Source: a virus (taxonomy: Duplodnaviria; Caudoviricetes). Taken from it: 26,634 nucleotides of DNA. A program made the position numbers and the translations under genes. Where the stretch lies: the IMG/VR virus record IMGVR_UViG_3300028844_008255, positions 1-26,634 of that record, one strand, 5' to 3'. Each line of letters begins with the position of its first letter. Within the stretch, counting starts at the first letter, position 1. Below are positions 1-8,686 of the stretch, piece by piece. A model generated the notes under the pieces. It was not told the origin of the DNA. It did not search any database and saw only the letters and a program-made list of their open reading frames with translations.

Positions 1-576
1 TTAATCATTATTCAACACTCCAATAATTTTATTGACAACTTGTTCGGGAGATAAATTAGAAGAATCAATAACAATGAATGGCATCTCATATTTCTTACAA
101 AAATCTATCATTTTGGTATAAATCATTTCTGATTTTCTTGCTTTTTCAATATCACTATCATTTTTGTCTCTTTTCTTTAAGCGACTAACAATTACTTCGC
201 TTGGAGCATAAAGAATAACTGTTAACTTAGGCATTCCAAGTTTTTTTATTAACAAATCATATATTTCAGCGTTATCTTCTGTGCCGCTCCAAGCGTAATT
301 AGAAGCAAAATGTCTATCTGTTACGATATTACAATTTTTGAAAAGTTCATACATATAGATGCTTCCTAATCCGTAAAACCAGGAAGTGAATATTCTGTTT
401 TCGTTCGCGTTCACTTGATCTCTAATTCTTATGTATTCATCAAAAGAATTTTCGCTATCATCAAATAAATAATGAAGAGGTTTTTCAACAAAACGATAAT
501 TCAACCTTTTGGCTAAAAGTTCACAAGTTGTTGTTTTTCCAACTCCATCCATACCCTCAATTGATATATGGTTCAT
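1..576 (-). CDS. Thymidylate/deoxynucleoside monophosphate kinase family protein
   Basis: N-terminal P-loop ISIEGMDGVGKTT, VTDRHFAS (DR motif of the TMK family), lid RLKKR, 191 aa; overlaps the upstream gene by 20 nt with GGAGG upstream. Confidence 0.8.
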   Translation of the reverse strand: MNHISIEGMDGVGKTTTCELLAKRLNYRFVEKPLHYLFDDSENSFDEYIRIRDQVNANENRIFTSWFYGLGSIYMYELFKNCNIVTDRHFASNYAWSGTEDNAEIYDLLIKKLGMPKLTVILYAPSEVIVSRLKKRDKNDSDIEKARKSEMIYTKMIDFCKKYEMPFIVIDSSNLSPEQVVNKIIGVLNND

Positions 577-1120
577 CTTTATTAGCCTCCTTTAATTTAA
601 TTAATTCATCTAAAGTTCTAGGTTCAAAACCAATAACATCCACTCCTGCGTTATAAGCCGGTTTATCTTTGTAGTAATCTTTAATTTCAGCATAAGCGTG
701 GCCATTTTTAACTGTTTTATTATGTATATGCCCATAAACAAACATTCCTTGGCGATTAAATTCCATCCAATCCATAAGTGGATAATGACAAAGACACACT
801 TTTCTTCCATTATCGTTAATTAACTTAATAAAATCGATTGATTCAAATAGATTTGATAATTGATAATTACTCAAAAATTTTTCATCATGATTCCCAATTA
901 TTAGATGTTTCTTTCCTTTCAGTGATTTAATAATGCTGAGCACTTCATCGATATCATTTTCAGCAACATCACCCAAAATAAAAACTTCATCATCTTCTTT
1001 TATTTTTGTATTCCATTTTGAAATGATCATTTTTTCATATTCATTAAATGTAAAATTACGCGAGCACTTTTTAAATACGTTCTCATCGCGAAAATGAATA
1101 TCAGAAATATAATAAATCAA
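557..1120 (-). CDS. Calcineurin-like metallophosphoesterase
   Basis: SDIHF, LGD, GNHD, CHYP, GHIH and NAGVD motifs; TTG start directly after the nrdD stop with AGGAGG upstream. Confidence 0.85.
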   Translation of the reverse strand: MIYYISDIHFRDENVFKKCSRNFTFNEYEKMIISKWNTKIKEDDEVFILGDVAENDIDEVLSIIKSLKGKKHLIIGNHDEKFLSNYQLSNLFESIDFIKLINDNGRKVCLCHYPLMDWMEFNRQGMFVYGHIHNKTVKNGHAYAEIKDYYKDKPAYNAGVDVIGFEPRTLDELIKLKEANKDEPYIN

Positions 1121-2815
1121 CTAATTTGCCCTCCTATTCTTTTCCTCGTTTTTCTTACCTAAAGTAAAATAATCTGCTATTTCAAGATACCCACTTACTC
1201 TTCTTATTCTAGTAATATCTTTGCTTCCACATATTGGGCATACATCAAAAGTCCCAGTACAGCCACAAGAATTACAAATATCTTTTGGATAATTAAATCC
1301 TAGATAATGTACTCCAGATTTAATTGCAATTTCTATCAACTCATCTAACCCTTCATCATTACCTAAAGGAGCTTCTTGAAGCTCAACATAGGTTATGCAT
1401 CCACCATTAGTGTAATTATGGAATTTTCCTTCTAACTCTATTTTTTTATAAGCTGGAAGGTTACTATCGACATTGATATGAAATGAATTAGTGTAAAAAT
1501 CTTTTTCTAAACATGGATGTGTATAAATCTTCTTATCTATTTCGATAAAACGACCACTGATAAGTTCTCCACTAGTTGCAAGTAGAGAAAAATTTAAATG
1601 GTATTGTTTAGTTAAACTATCAGTATATTCGCGCATGAATTTAACCAAATCTAGGGCAATTGAATACGTCTTTTCATCAACGTAATATCTTTTACCAGTT
1701 AAAATCTCTATTGTCTCACTTAATCCAATAAAACCAAGCGATAAAGTACCGTGCTTAAAAGTTTCTTTTAGCCCTACTTTATTTATATCTTCACACCATA
1801 ATTTAAATTTCCTATTGGTTGGAAACAAATCAATATCAGAATCACATGTCTTATTAAATCTATCCAATAAAATTTCTTTTGTAATAGATGCGATATCTAT
1901 CCACTTTTTCTTAAACAAATTTAATTTATTTTCTATAGTTTCTTTTGGAAATTCATTATTTACTTCCAATGCTAATCTTGGAAGGTTTATAGAGATATTA
2001 TCAATGTTGCTTCTTCCAATAGCACCTTCTTTCCCAAATAAGTCAGAAACGACTCTTGTTCTACAGCCCATGATTGATAATTTGTAAGGATCAGTATCTT
2101 TATCAGCCTCACAATCGCATAATAAATAGGTAGGAATCATCTTTTTTGCTGTACATAATAAAGCTTTGCTTAACAAATCAAAATTTGGATCATTTGGAAA
2201 TATATTAACTCCATCATGAACTTTAAAAACAATGTTAGGTTTATAAACTAAAGCACCAATATTAGCGAAAGTGTCTAAAAAAGTTGTAGTTAGAAAACGA
2301 CTAAAATCATCTAAACCAAGTCCCATACAAAATGTAACATAATAACTTGTTTGTCCCATTCTTGTATGCATGTTGTTACACCAAAGAATTAATGACCTTA
2401 TAGATGCTTCAAATAGTTTCTCATTGCCTTTGTAGGAAACCGCTAATTTAGTGAAAATCTTCGCAAAATCAATATCAAAATTAGCAAATGACATACCTCC
2501 GCTTTGTTCGTTCCCCATTTTTGCTAGTAATTCTTTAATAAAATCAAAGATTCCTATTATCTTTTCTTCTAAGGTTAGATTTTCAAAATCATGGTATGGG
2601 AAACCATCCAATATATCAAATGTTAAACAATTATAAGTAAGACCATAGGCATCCAAATCGTGAATATGAATATATCCCTCTTTGTGAAGTTTTGCCCATT
2701 CAGGTTTTATAGTCTCTAGAATTAAATTTTTTTGAGATTTTTCACCTTCGTTATAGACATAACCAACGTAACTTTTTCTATTGGCAGCATTATCATTCTT
2801 ATTTTGTCTGTTCAT
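1121..2815 (-). CDS. nrdD: Anaerobic (class III) ribonucleoside-triphosphate reductase, lacking an N-terminal ATP cone
   Basis: IHIHDLD, YNC, QSGG, MGCRT, INLPRL, YTNSFH, CxxC-CxxC zinc site and glycyl-radical motif RVSGY; only 564 aa. Confidence 0.93.
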   Translation of the reverse strand: MNRQNKNDNAANRKSYVGYVYNEGEKSQKNLILETIKPEWAKLHKEGYIHIHDLDAYGLTYNCLTFDILDGFPYHDFENLTLEEKIIGIFDFIKELLAKMGNEQSGGMSFANFDIDFAKIFTKLAVSYKGNEKLFEASIRSLILWCNNMHTRMGQTSYYVTFCMGLGLDDFSRFLTTTFLDTFANIGALVYKPNIVFKVHDGVNIFPNDPNFDLLSKALLCTAKKMIPTYLLCDCEADKDTDPYKLSIMGCRTRVVSDLFGKEGAIGRSNIDNISINLPRLALEVNNEFPKETIENKLNLFKKKWIDIASITKEILLDRFNKTCDSDIDLFPTNRKFKLWCEDINKVGLKETFKHGTLSLGFIGLSETIEILTGKRYYVDEKTYSIALDLVKFMREYTDSLTKQYHLNFSLLATSGELISGRFIEIDKKIYTHPCLEKDFYTNSFHINVDSNLPAYKKIELEGKFHNYTNGGCITYVELQEAPLGNDEGLDELIEIAIKSGVHYLGFNYPKDICNSCGCTGTFDVCPICGSKDITRIRRVSGYLEIADYFTLGKKNEEKNRRAN

Positions 2816-2820
2816 TTAAT

Positions 2821-3258
2821 TCACCTCAACTTAATTATTTCTTGATTAGTAGAACCTACGAATGGTTTTGTTGTAGTTTTAAATTCATTCATAAATGGTC
2901 CTACTTTGATGTAGTTCAATAATGCGAGTAATTCCTGTGGAACATCAGAGAGCACATGCCCTGTATATAAGCAAATATTGAAATCGGGAAGCAGTTTACA
3001 AAATGCAATTAATGAATCAACTTGTAGCAATGGTTCCCCACCGCTTATTGTTAATTTTTTGTTACCGCATTTTTCTCTTAGAAAAGTAGCTAACTCATGA
3101 ATTTCAACTTTTTTTCCTTTAGAAATTTCCCACGTGCTCTTATTATGGCAATTGCGACATCTCAAGTTGCACCCTTGAAGAAACAAAACTGTCCTATATC
3201 CAGGCCCATCACACAAAGAAGGGTTTTCTCTAATCGAGTTAATATAAATAAACTTCAT
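2821..3258 (-). CDS. nrdG: Class III RNR activating enzyme (radical SAM)
   Basis: [21 protein letters not shown] (CxxxCxxC), TISGGEP, GSTNQ; immediately upstream of nrdD. Confidence 0.92.
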   Translation of the reverse strand: MKFIYINSIRENPSLCDGPGYRTVLFLQGCNLRCRNCHNKSTWEISKGKKVEIHELATFLREKCGNKKLTISGGEPLLQVDSLIAFCKLLPDFNICLYTGHVLSDVPQELLALLNYIKVGPFMNEFKTTTKPFVGSTNQEIIKLR

Positions 3259-3395
3259 ATATTCTTGCCTTCTTTTATAAGTTCTAGAGTTTCGGAAGAA
3301 TTTAAATTATTAAAAATTTCCATTACTTTATTCGCTTCAAAAATATCTAAAGTCACTAATGCTTTATTTTTACCTTTGACAAAAACGCTTAAAAT

Positions 3396-4064
3396 CTAGT
3401 GATTTTTATGATTACTTTTTTCTACTTCCATTCTCTCAATTTGTTCGATAGGGACATATAATTTTTGTTCGTAGTTATTACTTGAGGAAGTATCAACAAT
3501 AAAATGAGACTGAGTAATGCTCCCTAAATAATATTTTCGCCCTCCTTTTTTAATGATTTTTATAAGTTGTATTGTTAGAGGCAATGTTCCTATAAACGAA
3601 GATAAGAAGAATATGCCTACAAGCAAAATGTAAAAATAAAATTCAAAATGGTCTTTGACACATATGGCAGTAATTAAAAAAATTAAACCAATGATAAGAA
3701 ACATCAAAAATACAACTAGTTTTAAATAATCTTTTCTTAATAGTTTCCTAGAATAAAAATCATATCTAAACGCACTATTAATTCTAGACTTTGTATTATT
3801 GTCTAAATGTTTCAAAACAGCATTAAGCGTTTCTTCGTTATTCAGATCAATACTCTCATCTAATAATGCATCAAAAGAAACATCTAATACTTTAGCTAAA
3901 TCGCGTATATTATCTAACTTTGGTTCGCTTTTGCCGTTTTCCCAATCTGAAACCGATTGTCGGCTTATCCCGTCTTTGCTTGTCTTTGAAAGCTTATATC
4001 CTAAACCTTCTTGCGTAAGACCACGTGCTTTTCTTAAGATTCTGATTTTATCAAAAAGCTCCAT
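3396..4064 (-). CDS. XRE-family HTH regulator with two transmembrane segments (probably truncated by a premature TAG; frame continues to 3255)
   Basis: IRILRKARGLTQEGLG...SRQSVSDWENGKSEP HTH; two hydrophobic stretches; start set at ATG 4064 because AGGAGG precedes it. Confidence 0.8.
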   Translation of the reverse strand: MELFDKIRILRKARGLTQEGLGYKLSKTSKDGISRQSVSDWENGKSEPKLDNIRDLAKVLDVSFDALLDESIDLNNEETLNAVLKHLDNNTKSRINSAFRYDFYSRKLLRKDYLKLVVFLMFLIIGLIFLITAICVKDHFEFYFYILLVGIFFLSSFIGTLPLTIQLIKIIKKGGRKYYLGSITQSHFIVDTSSSNNYEQKLYVPIEQIERMEVEKSNHKNH

Positions 4065-4085
4065 AATGACCTCCTTCGCAATAAT

Positions 4086-4152
4086 TGTAAATTTTAACCT
4101 TACATAAATTCCATCAACTTGAGCCTTGAATTTTGTCAAGCAACACCTTACA
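4086..4152 (-). promoter_or_regulatory. Two operator-like dyads TGTAAG-N7-TT(T/G)ACA upstream of the XRE gene
   Basis: Copies at 4086-4104 and 4134-4152; the distal copy contains a TTGACA -35 hexamer on the minus strand. Confidence 0.55.
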
Positions 4153-4207
4153 TATTAAAAATTATAGCATTAATATAACGAAAATTGCTTAAATTCGAGA
4201 TAATTTC

Positions 4208-4236
4208 AAAAAAGACCAAGGAATCACTCCTCAGCC
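4208..4236 (-). terminator. Rho-independent terminator after the serine recombinase pair
   Basis: Minus strand GGCTGAGGA-GTGAT-TCCTTGGTC followed by T6, overlapping the recombinase stop codon. Confidence 0.65.
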
Positions 4237-5804
4237 TTTATCGTTGTTTCAAATCCTGAATAGAACTTGAATGTTAATGATTTATCTTTATGAACTATTG
4301 CTTTTTCTAGGTTGAAATTGAATATCGCTTCATCAAAATCAGTAATGAGTTCACCTTTTTTAAGTGTCTCAATGAAGATATTAAACTTGTTAACTTTTAG
4401 TTTGATTTCATTCTTTTTAACAACTAGTGAATTAAGTTCTGCTTCTTTATTTTTATAAATATCTTCAAGTTCTGCATACTTTTTTCGCCAAATCGTTTGA
4501 TCTTGTTGCGTAGTCGTGTTCATCTTAACGAGTAGTTCAAACTCTTTGTTCATATCTTTAAGTTCATTAGACAATGCTTCTATTTGTTTATCCAAAGACG
4601 AAGTATCAAGAGCTTTGCTAACTGCTTCTATAAGATTGATAATAAGAAGGTCTTTGCTCCTAATCATCTCGTTATAAGCTTTAAGAAACATTGACTTCAC
4701 TTCCTCTTCATCTAGATTTGGCGTCTTGCATTTATTTTTGAACTTAAAGTTACATTGAAGAATTTCCTTTTCGTGAACCGTACCTGAATGCCATTTCTTC
4801 TTTCCGTAATATGAACCGCAGTCTTCGCAGATGAGCTTTCCGCTGAAAGGATTCTTAAATGAATATGTATAGCCCATTTCCTTTCTTCTATTAAGCTCGA
4901 TTTGCACCAGCTCCCAGTCTTCCTTTGTGATTATCGCAGGATGGGAATCATGGACATAGTATTGAGGAACCTCGCCTTCATTCTTCTTTGTCTTATGGTT
5001 TAAGAAATCCACAGTGAAAGTCTTTTGAAGCAAAGCATCACCTTTATATTTCTCGTTTTGAAGAATGGAAAGAATTGTCGACTTAGTCCATTTGGTTTTA
5101 CCGCTTGGTGTAATGATATGGTCGCTAGTCAAATCATTAGCAATCTTGCCAACGCTATCACCTTTTAAGAACTCATAATAAATCTTTCTTACGACTTTAG
5201 CTTCTTCTTCATTAATCTTAATCGAGCCATCTTCATCTTTTTCATATCCTAGAAAGCTTTTATAAGACATGGAAACCTTACCATCCGCGAATCTCTTTCT
5301 TTGCCCCCAAGTGACGTTTTGGGAAATGGACCTACTTTCTTCTTGAGCTAAACTCGACATGATGGTGATAAGAAGCTCGCCCTTAGAATCAAAGGTATTG
5401 ATATTTTCCTTTTCAAAGTAGCATTCGACATTATGTTCCTTCAGCTTTCTTATATTAACCAAACTATCGACGGTATTTCTTGCAAACCTAGAGATGGATT
5501 TCGTGATGATTAAATCGATCTTGCCATTTAAGGCATCGTTAATCATTCTATTGAAACCTTCTCTTCTTTTCGTATTCGTTCCGCTTATCCCTTCATCGGT
5601 ATAGACATCGACAAACTCCCAATCGGGTCTTCTTGCAATATATTTGGTGTAATAATCTACTTGAGCTTCATAAGAAGTTAATTGTTCTTCGTTATCGGTC
5701 GATACCCTAGCGTAAGCCGCGACTTTTCTTTTCCTAATAGAACCTTGAGGAAGCCTTGTGATGGGATTGATGGTCGGTTCGATTTTGGTCACTACTTTCG
5801 CCAT
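4224..5804 (-). CDS. Large serine recombinase (resolvase, recombinase, zinc ribbon and coiled-coil domains)
   Basis: AAYARVS catalytic motif, DEGISGT, KSISRFARN, NEKYKG, H-P-AII, CEDC zinc ribbon, long coiled coil. Confidence 0.93.
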   Translation of the reverse strand: MAKVVTKIEPTINPITRLPQGSIRKRKVAAYARVSTDNEEQLTSYEAQVDYYTKYIARRPDWEFVDVYTDEGISGTNTKRREGFNRMINDALNGKIDLIITKSISRFARNTVDSLVNIRKLKEHNVECYFEKENINTFDSKGELLITIMSSLAQEESRSISQNVTWGQRKRFADGKVSMSYKSFLGYEKDEDGSIKINEEEAKVVRKIYYEFLKGDSVGKIANDLTSDHIITPSGKTKWTKSTILSILQNEKYKGDALLQKTFTVDFLNHKTKKNEGEVPQYYVHDSHPAIITKEDWELVQIELNRRKEMGYTYSFKNPFSGKLICEDCGSYYGKKKWHSGTVHEKEILQCNFKFKNKCKTPNLDEEEVKSMFLKAYNEMIRSKDLLIINLIEAVSKALDTSSLDKQIEALSNELKDMNKEFELLVKMNTTTQQDQTIWRKKYAELEDIYKNKEAELNSLVVKKNEIKLKVNKFNIFIETLKKGELITDFDEAIFNFNLEKAIVHKDKSLTFKFYSGFETTIKAEE

Positions 5805-7087
5805 CTTTTAAAACTATCCTTTCTCGCTTGCTCTTTCATTTCATTTGTCCAAGATTCCTTTCTAGACTTAAATTCAAAATGAAATGTCTTGACTTCCCCG
5901 TTTTTGAAAACGAAATCTAAATCCTTAGACTGATGGACTATTATCCTATCTATTTCCTTATTGAATAAAGCCTCATCAAATTTATCTATGCCTAAAGCAT
6001 TGTTAGTAAGCTCAATCAAAGTATCTTCTCTAAGTGACAATGTCTGCGTGCAATTGGTAGCTCCTTTATTTGACATGGATGAGCAAACCCAGAACGCGCG
6101 GAATTTGTTTTTCTTCCTTACGTAGTTCCTATTGCAAGAGACGCATTTGATCTTCTTATCAAACGGTGAGACGAAAGACTTTTCATGAACATATTTAACT
6201 TTGCTATTTGCCTTTTTCTCGTTGGCTTTTTCATATATTTCTTTGCTTATGATTTTAGGATGGCTTTCGCTTACGTGATACATTGGGAAGCTTCCATCAT
6301 TTGGTTTGTCGTGAGGACCATTCATCGGTCCGGACTTCTTCCCTAAAAGTAATTCCCCCGTATAAGTGATGTTTTGGATTATCGCCCTTACGGTAGAGAA
6401 AGTCCATTTAGCATTTTCCGGGGATGGGATATTTATGCTATTAAGATAACTAGCGATTTTCTGATACCCATATCGGTTTTCGGTGAATAGTTTAAAGATA
6501 AGTCTTATGACCAATGCTTCATCTTCTTTAATTTCATAATTGCCATCAACAACTTTATAGCCATAGAAATCATGCATTCCCCAGACTTTACCTTCCTCGA
6601 AGAATTTATTTACTTTCCACCTCACGTTATTTGACATCGATTTGGCTTCTTCTTCAGCAAATGAGGCAAGCAAAGTAAGCATGAGCTCACCATCGCTAGA
6701 TAAAGAATGCATGTTCTGTTCTTCAAAATAGACGTCGATGTTTAATGATTTAAGTAATCTTGTGGTTTCAAGTAAAAGCGTGGTGTTTCTAGCAAACCTA
6801 GATATCGACTTGGTAATGATCAAATCAATCTTATGGTTCTTGCAGTCTTCTATTAATCTATTGAACTCGGGCCTATCGCCTTTAGTGCCGCTTATCCCTT
6901 CATCAGCGTATATCCCAACGAATATCCAATCAGGGTTACTCGAAATATAATCTTGATAATAGGATACTTGGTTGGCAAGCGAATGGAGCATAGCGTCTTT
7001 TTCAACCGATACTCTACAATAAGCCGCAACCTTTTTCTTATTCGGTAAGCTATATCTAAAGTTTCTTTTTTCTATTATCTTAGCCAT
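5792..7087 (-). CDS. Large serine recombinase (second, tandem copy)
   Basis: AAYCRVS, DEGISGT, KSISRFARN, NITYTG, CVSC zinc ribbon; overlaps the downstream recombinase by 13 nt. Confidence 0.92.
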   Translation of the reverse strand: MAKIIEKRNFRYSLPNKKKVAAYCRVSVEKDAMLHSLANQVSYYQDYISSNPDWIFVGIYADEGISGTKGDRPEFNRLIEDCKNHKIDLIITKSISRFARNTTLLLETTRLLKSLNIDVYFEEQNMHSLSSDGELMLTLLASFAEEEAKSMSNNVRWKVNKFFEEGKVWGMHDFYGYKVVDGNYEIKEDEALVIRLIFKLFTENRYGYQKIASYLNSINIPSPENAKWTFSTVRAIIQNITYTGELLLGKKSGPMNGPHDKPNDGSFPMYHVSESHPKIISKEIYEKANEKKANSKVKYVHEKSFVSPFDKKIKCVSCNRNYVRKKNKFRAFWVCSSMSNKGATNCTQTLSLREDTLIELTNNALGIDKFDEALFNKEIDRIIVHQSKDLDFVFKNGEVKTFHFEFKSRKESWTNEMKEQARKDSFKRWRK

Positions 7088-7129
7088 TTATTTTTCTCCT
7101 TTCCTTGCTATATACATCACTCTACTTCG

Positions 7130-7315
7130 CTAGGAATTCAACCCATATAAGCGATAAATAGAGCCACTTTTGATACAATATTTTTTAGCTAACGTTTTCT
7201 CCGCTTTCTTAAACTCCAAATCGCTTAAAATACCTAGTTTTTGCATGGTTTTAAGTAAATTTAGGCTGTTTAGATAATTTCTTGCATCCTCTTCATACTT
7301 AACTAAATCAGCCAT
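7130..7315 (-). CDS. Small SHOCT-like protein upstream of the recombinases
   Basis: 61 aa, LKTMQKLGILSDLEF pattern; position typical of tandem serine recombinase modules; GAGG upstream. Confidence 0.6.
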   Translation of the reverse strand: MADLVKYEEDARNYLNSLNLLKTMQKLGILSDLEFKKAEKTLAKKYCIKSGSIYRLYGLNS

Positions 7316-7703
7316 TATTCATGTCCTCTTTATGGTATCTTGACTTGATGTAACAAGTGTGGGAGCAATACTTCCTTTTGGAGTTAGTGGATGCCAAAAA
7401 AGAAACCCCACATACTGGGCAAATAAAAGTTTTAAGATTGTCTTTATTCCTATTCTTGTTCCACCATCTATTCTTGCAAGTAAGCGAGCAAAACGTTTTA
7501 TTCGGATGCTTTTTATCAATGTTAAAAGGTAAGCCACACTCCTTGCAGTAACTAACTTCATTAGAGCTTTCGATATCGACATCATTCCTTTTACAAAACG
7601 ATGCGACCGAGTTCTTGGATATGTTTAGGATTGAGGCTATCTTCTTATAGCCTAGACCCGCTTTCCTATAATCGATGATTTTTCTTTCTAATTCAAAGTT
7701 CAT
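7308..7703 (-). CDS. HTH plus Cys-rich zinc-finger protein
   Basis: GLGYKKIASILNISKNSVASFCKR HTH; two CxxCG...(F/Y)CSxxC units; start set at ATG 7703 behind GAGGTGG. Confidence 0.75.
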   Translation of the reverse strand: MNFELERKIIDYRKAGLGYKKIASILNISKNSVASFCKRNDVDIESSNEVSYCKECGLPFNIDKKHPNKTFCSLTCKNRWWNKNRNKDNLKTFICPVCGVSFLASTNSKRKYCSHTCYIKSRYHKEDMNNG

Positions 7704-7731
7704 ATCTACCACCTCAATATATGGAGAAAAA

Positions 7732-8157
7732 TCACTTCTTTTGATGGGGGTCATTCTTAAAGAAAGCTAGATATTTTTTCTTTAGTTGCTCTCGTGTTTC
7801 ATGAATCGACTTGATATCCACTCCCTCTATTCTTGCGACATCCCTCATTGACAAAGTTTCATCTTCAAACAAATGGAGCCTTCTAAGTTGAGTCGCAGTC
7901 AGCGTTTTAAGGAAGGCATCATACTTTGCTTCTTGTTCCAAACGTTCTACATAGTCTTCAGGGCTTTCTGATTCTTTATCTTCAAACCACGCGCCTTCAT
8001 AATCTAAGCCATCTAGATGAGTCGTTTCCCAATAGCGATACCTTCTAGCATTATTTTCTTCTTTTCTTTCTTCTTCGACGTACCATTCACCAAATGCATC
8101 ATCTACGTCTACTTCTTGAATTACTTTTCCATTTAAGTCTTTTAACTTGATTAACAT
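7732..8157 (-). CDS. Sigma-70 region 4-like HTH protein
   Basis: LTATQLRRL...SMRDVARIEGVDIKSIHET C-terminal HTH; start set at ATG 8157 behind GGAG. Confidence 0.7.
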   Translation of the reverse strand: MLIKLKDLNGKVIQEVDVDDAFGEWYVEEERKEENNARRYRYWETTHLDGLDYEGAWFEDKESESPEDYVERLEQEAKYDAFLKTLTATQLRRLHLFEDETLSMRDVARIEGVDIKSIHETREQLKKKYLAFFKNDPHQKK

Positions 8158-8556
8158 TTCTATTTCTCCAATTCGGTTGTTTTTCCTGAAATGGAGTCTT
8201 AGAAAGTCCTTCAAGCCGTCATGAAAACATGAGCAAAAAGAATGAATAAAAATCCATTTCAGTTTGCATCACGTCCATCACAAAGACCTGGTGCTTTAAT
8301 ATTTAATTGCGCTAGTGTGATACCTAGGATCTAGCGACTTTGTTGAGCGAAGTTAAGCTAACCTCTCTCATATACTTAAGAACTTAGAAGCAATCTTTTT
8401 TCGCTCATTATCTAAGGAGGAAATCAAGCATCATCGTCAACTTCCGCCTCACCTATAAAAGGAAAGAGAGCGAGCGAATTGGAACCATAGTTCTCAAGTA
8501 AGTGCCATTTGCAACTGGCTATGGCTATTTTATAAGAGCGCCTAATACCGGCGATA

Positions 8557-8684
8557 TATCAGCCCTGATACACTAAAAAAGTGGCTAAATATCGATTTTT
8601 TTCGTTACAAGGCATAAAAAAAGACCTAGAACATAAGTCCTAAGTCAATATAATGATTGTTTAGTGTATCAGCCTTGAAACACT
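8557..8684. promoter_or_regulatory. Pair of related operator-like palindromes
   Basis: TATCAG-CC-CTGATA at 8557-8570 and AGTGTATCA-GCCT-TGAAACACT at 8663-8684; 13-bp perfect inverted match 8565-8577 / 8660-8672. Confidence 0.5.
8616..8646 (-). terminator. Rho-independent terminator after the ImmA-HTH gene
   Basis: Minus strand GACTTAGGA-CTTATG-TTCTAGGTC followed by T7. Confidence 0.7.
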
Positions 8685-8686
8685 TG

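Noticed and set aside
557-2815. nrdD-phosphoesterase readthrough fusion
   Set aside because: The frames abut, but AGGAGG precedes the TTG start, so ordinary translational coupling explains it.
7091-7141. Extension of the SHOCT-like gene past TAG (RSRVMYIARKGEK*) and a TTGAAT...TATATA promoter for the recombinases
   Set aside because: A 13-codon run can arise by chance and the promoter spacer is 21 nt; undecidable without homologues.
7705-8490. Similar motifs TTT..CC..TATA..TGAGG.GG near 7710-7735 and 8445-8467 (minus strand) as promoters for the sigma-like protein
   Set aside because: Only two loosely matching copies, one of which doubles as an SD; not enough support.
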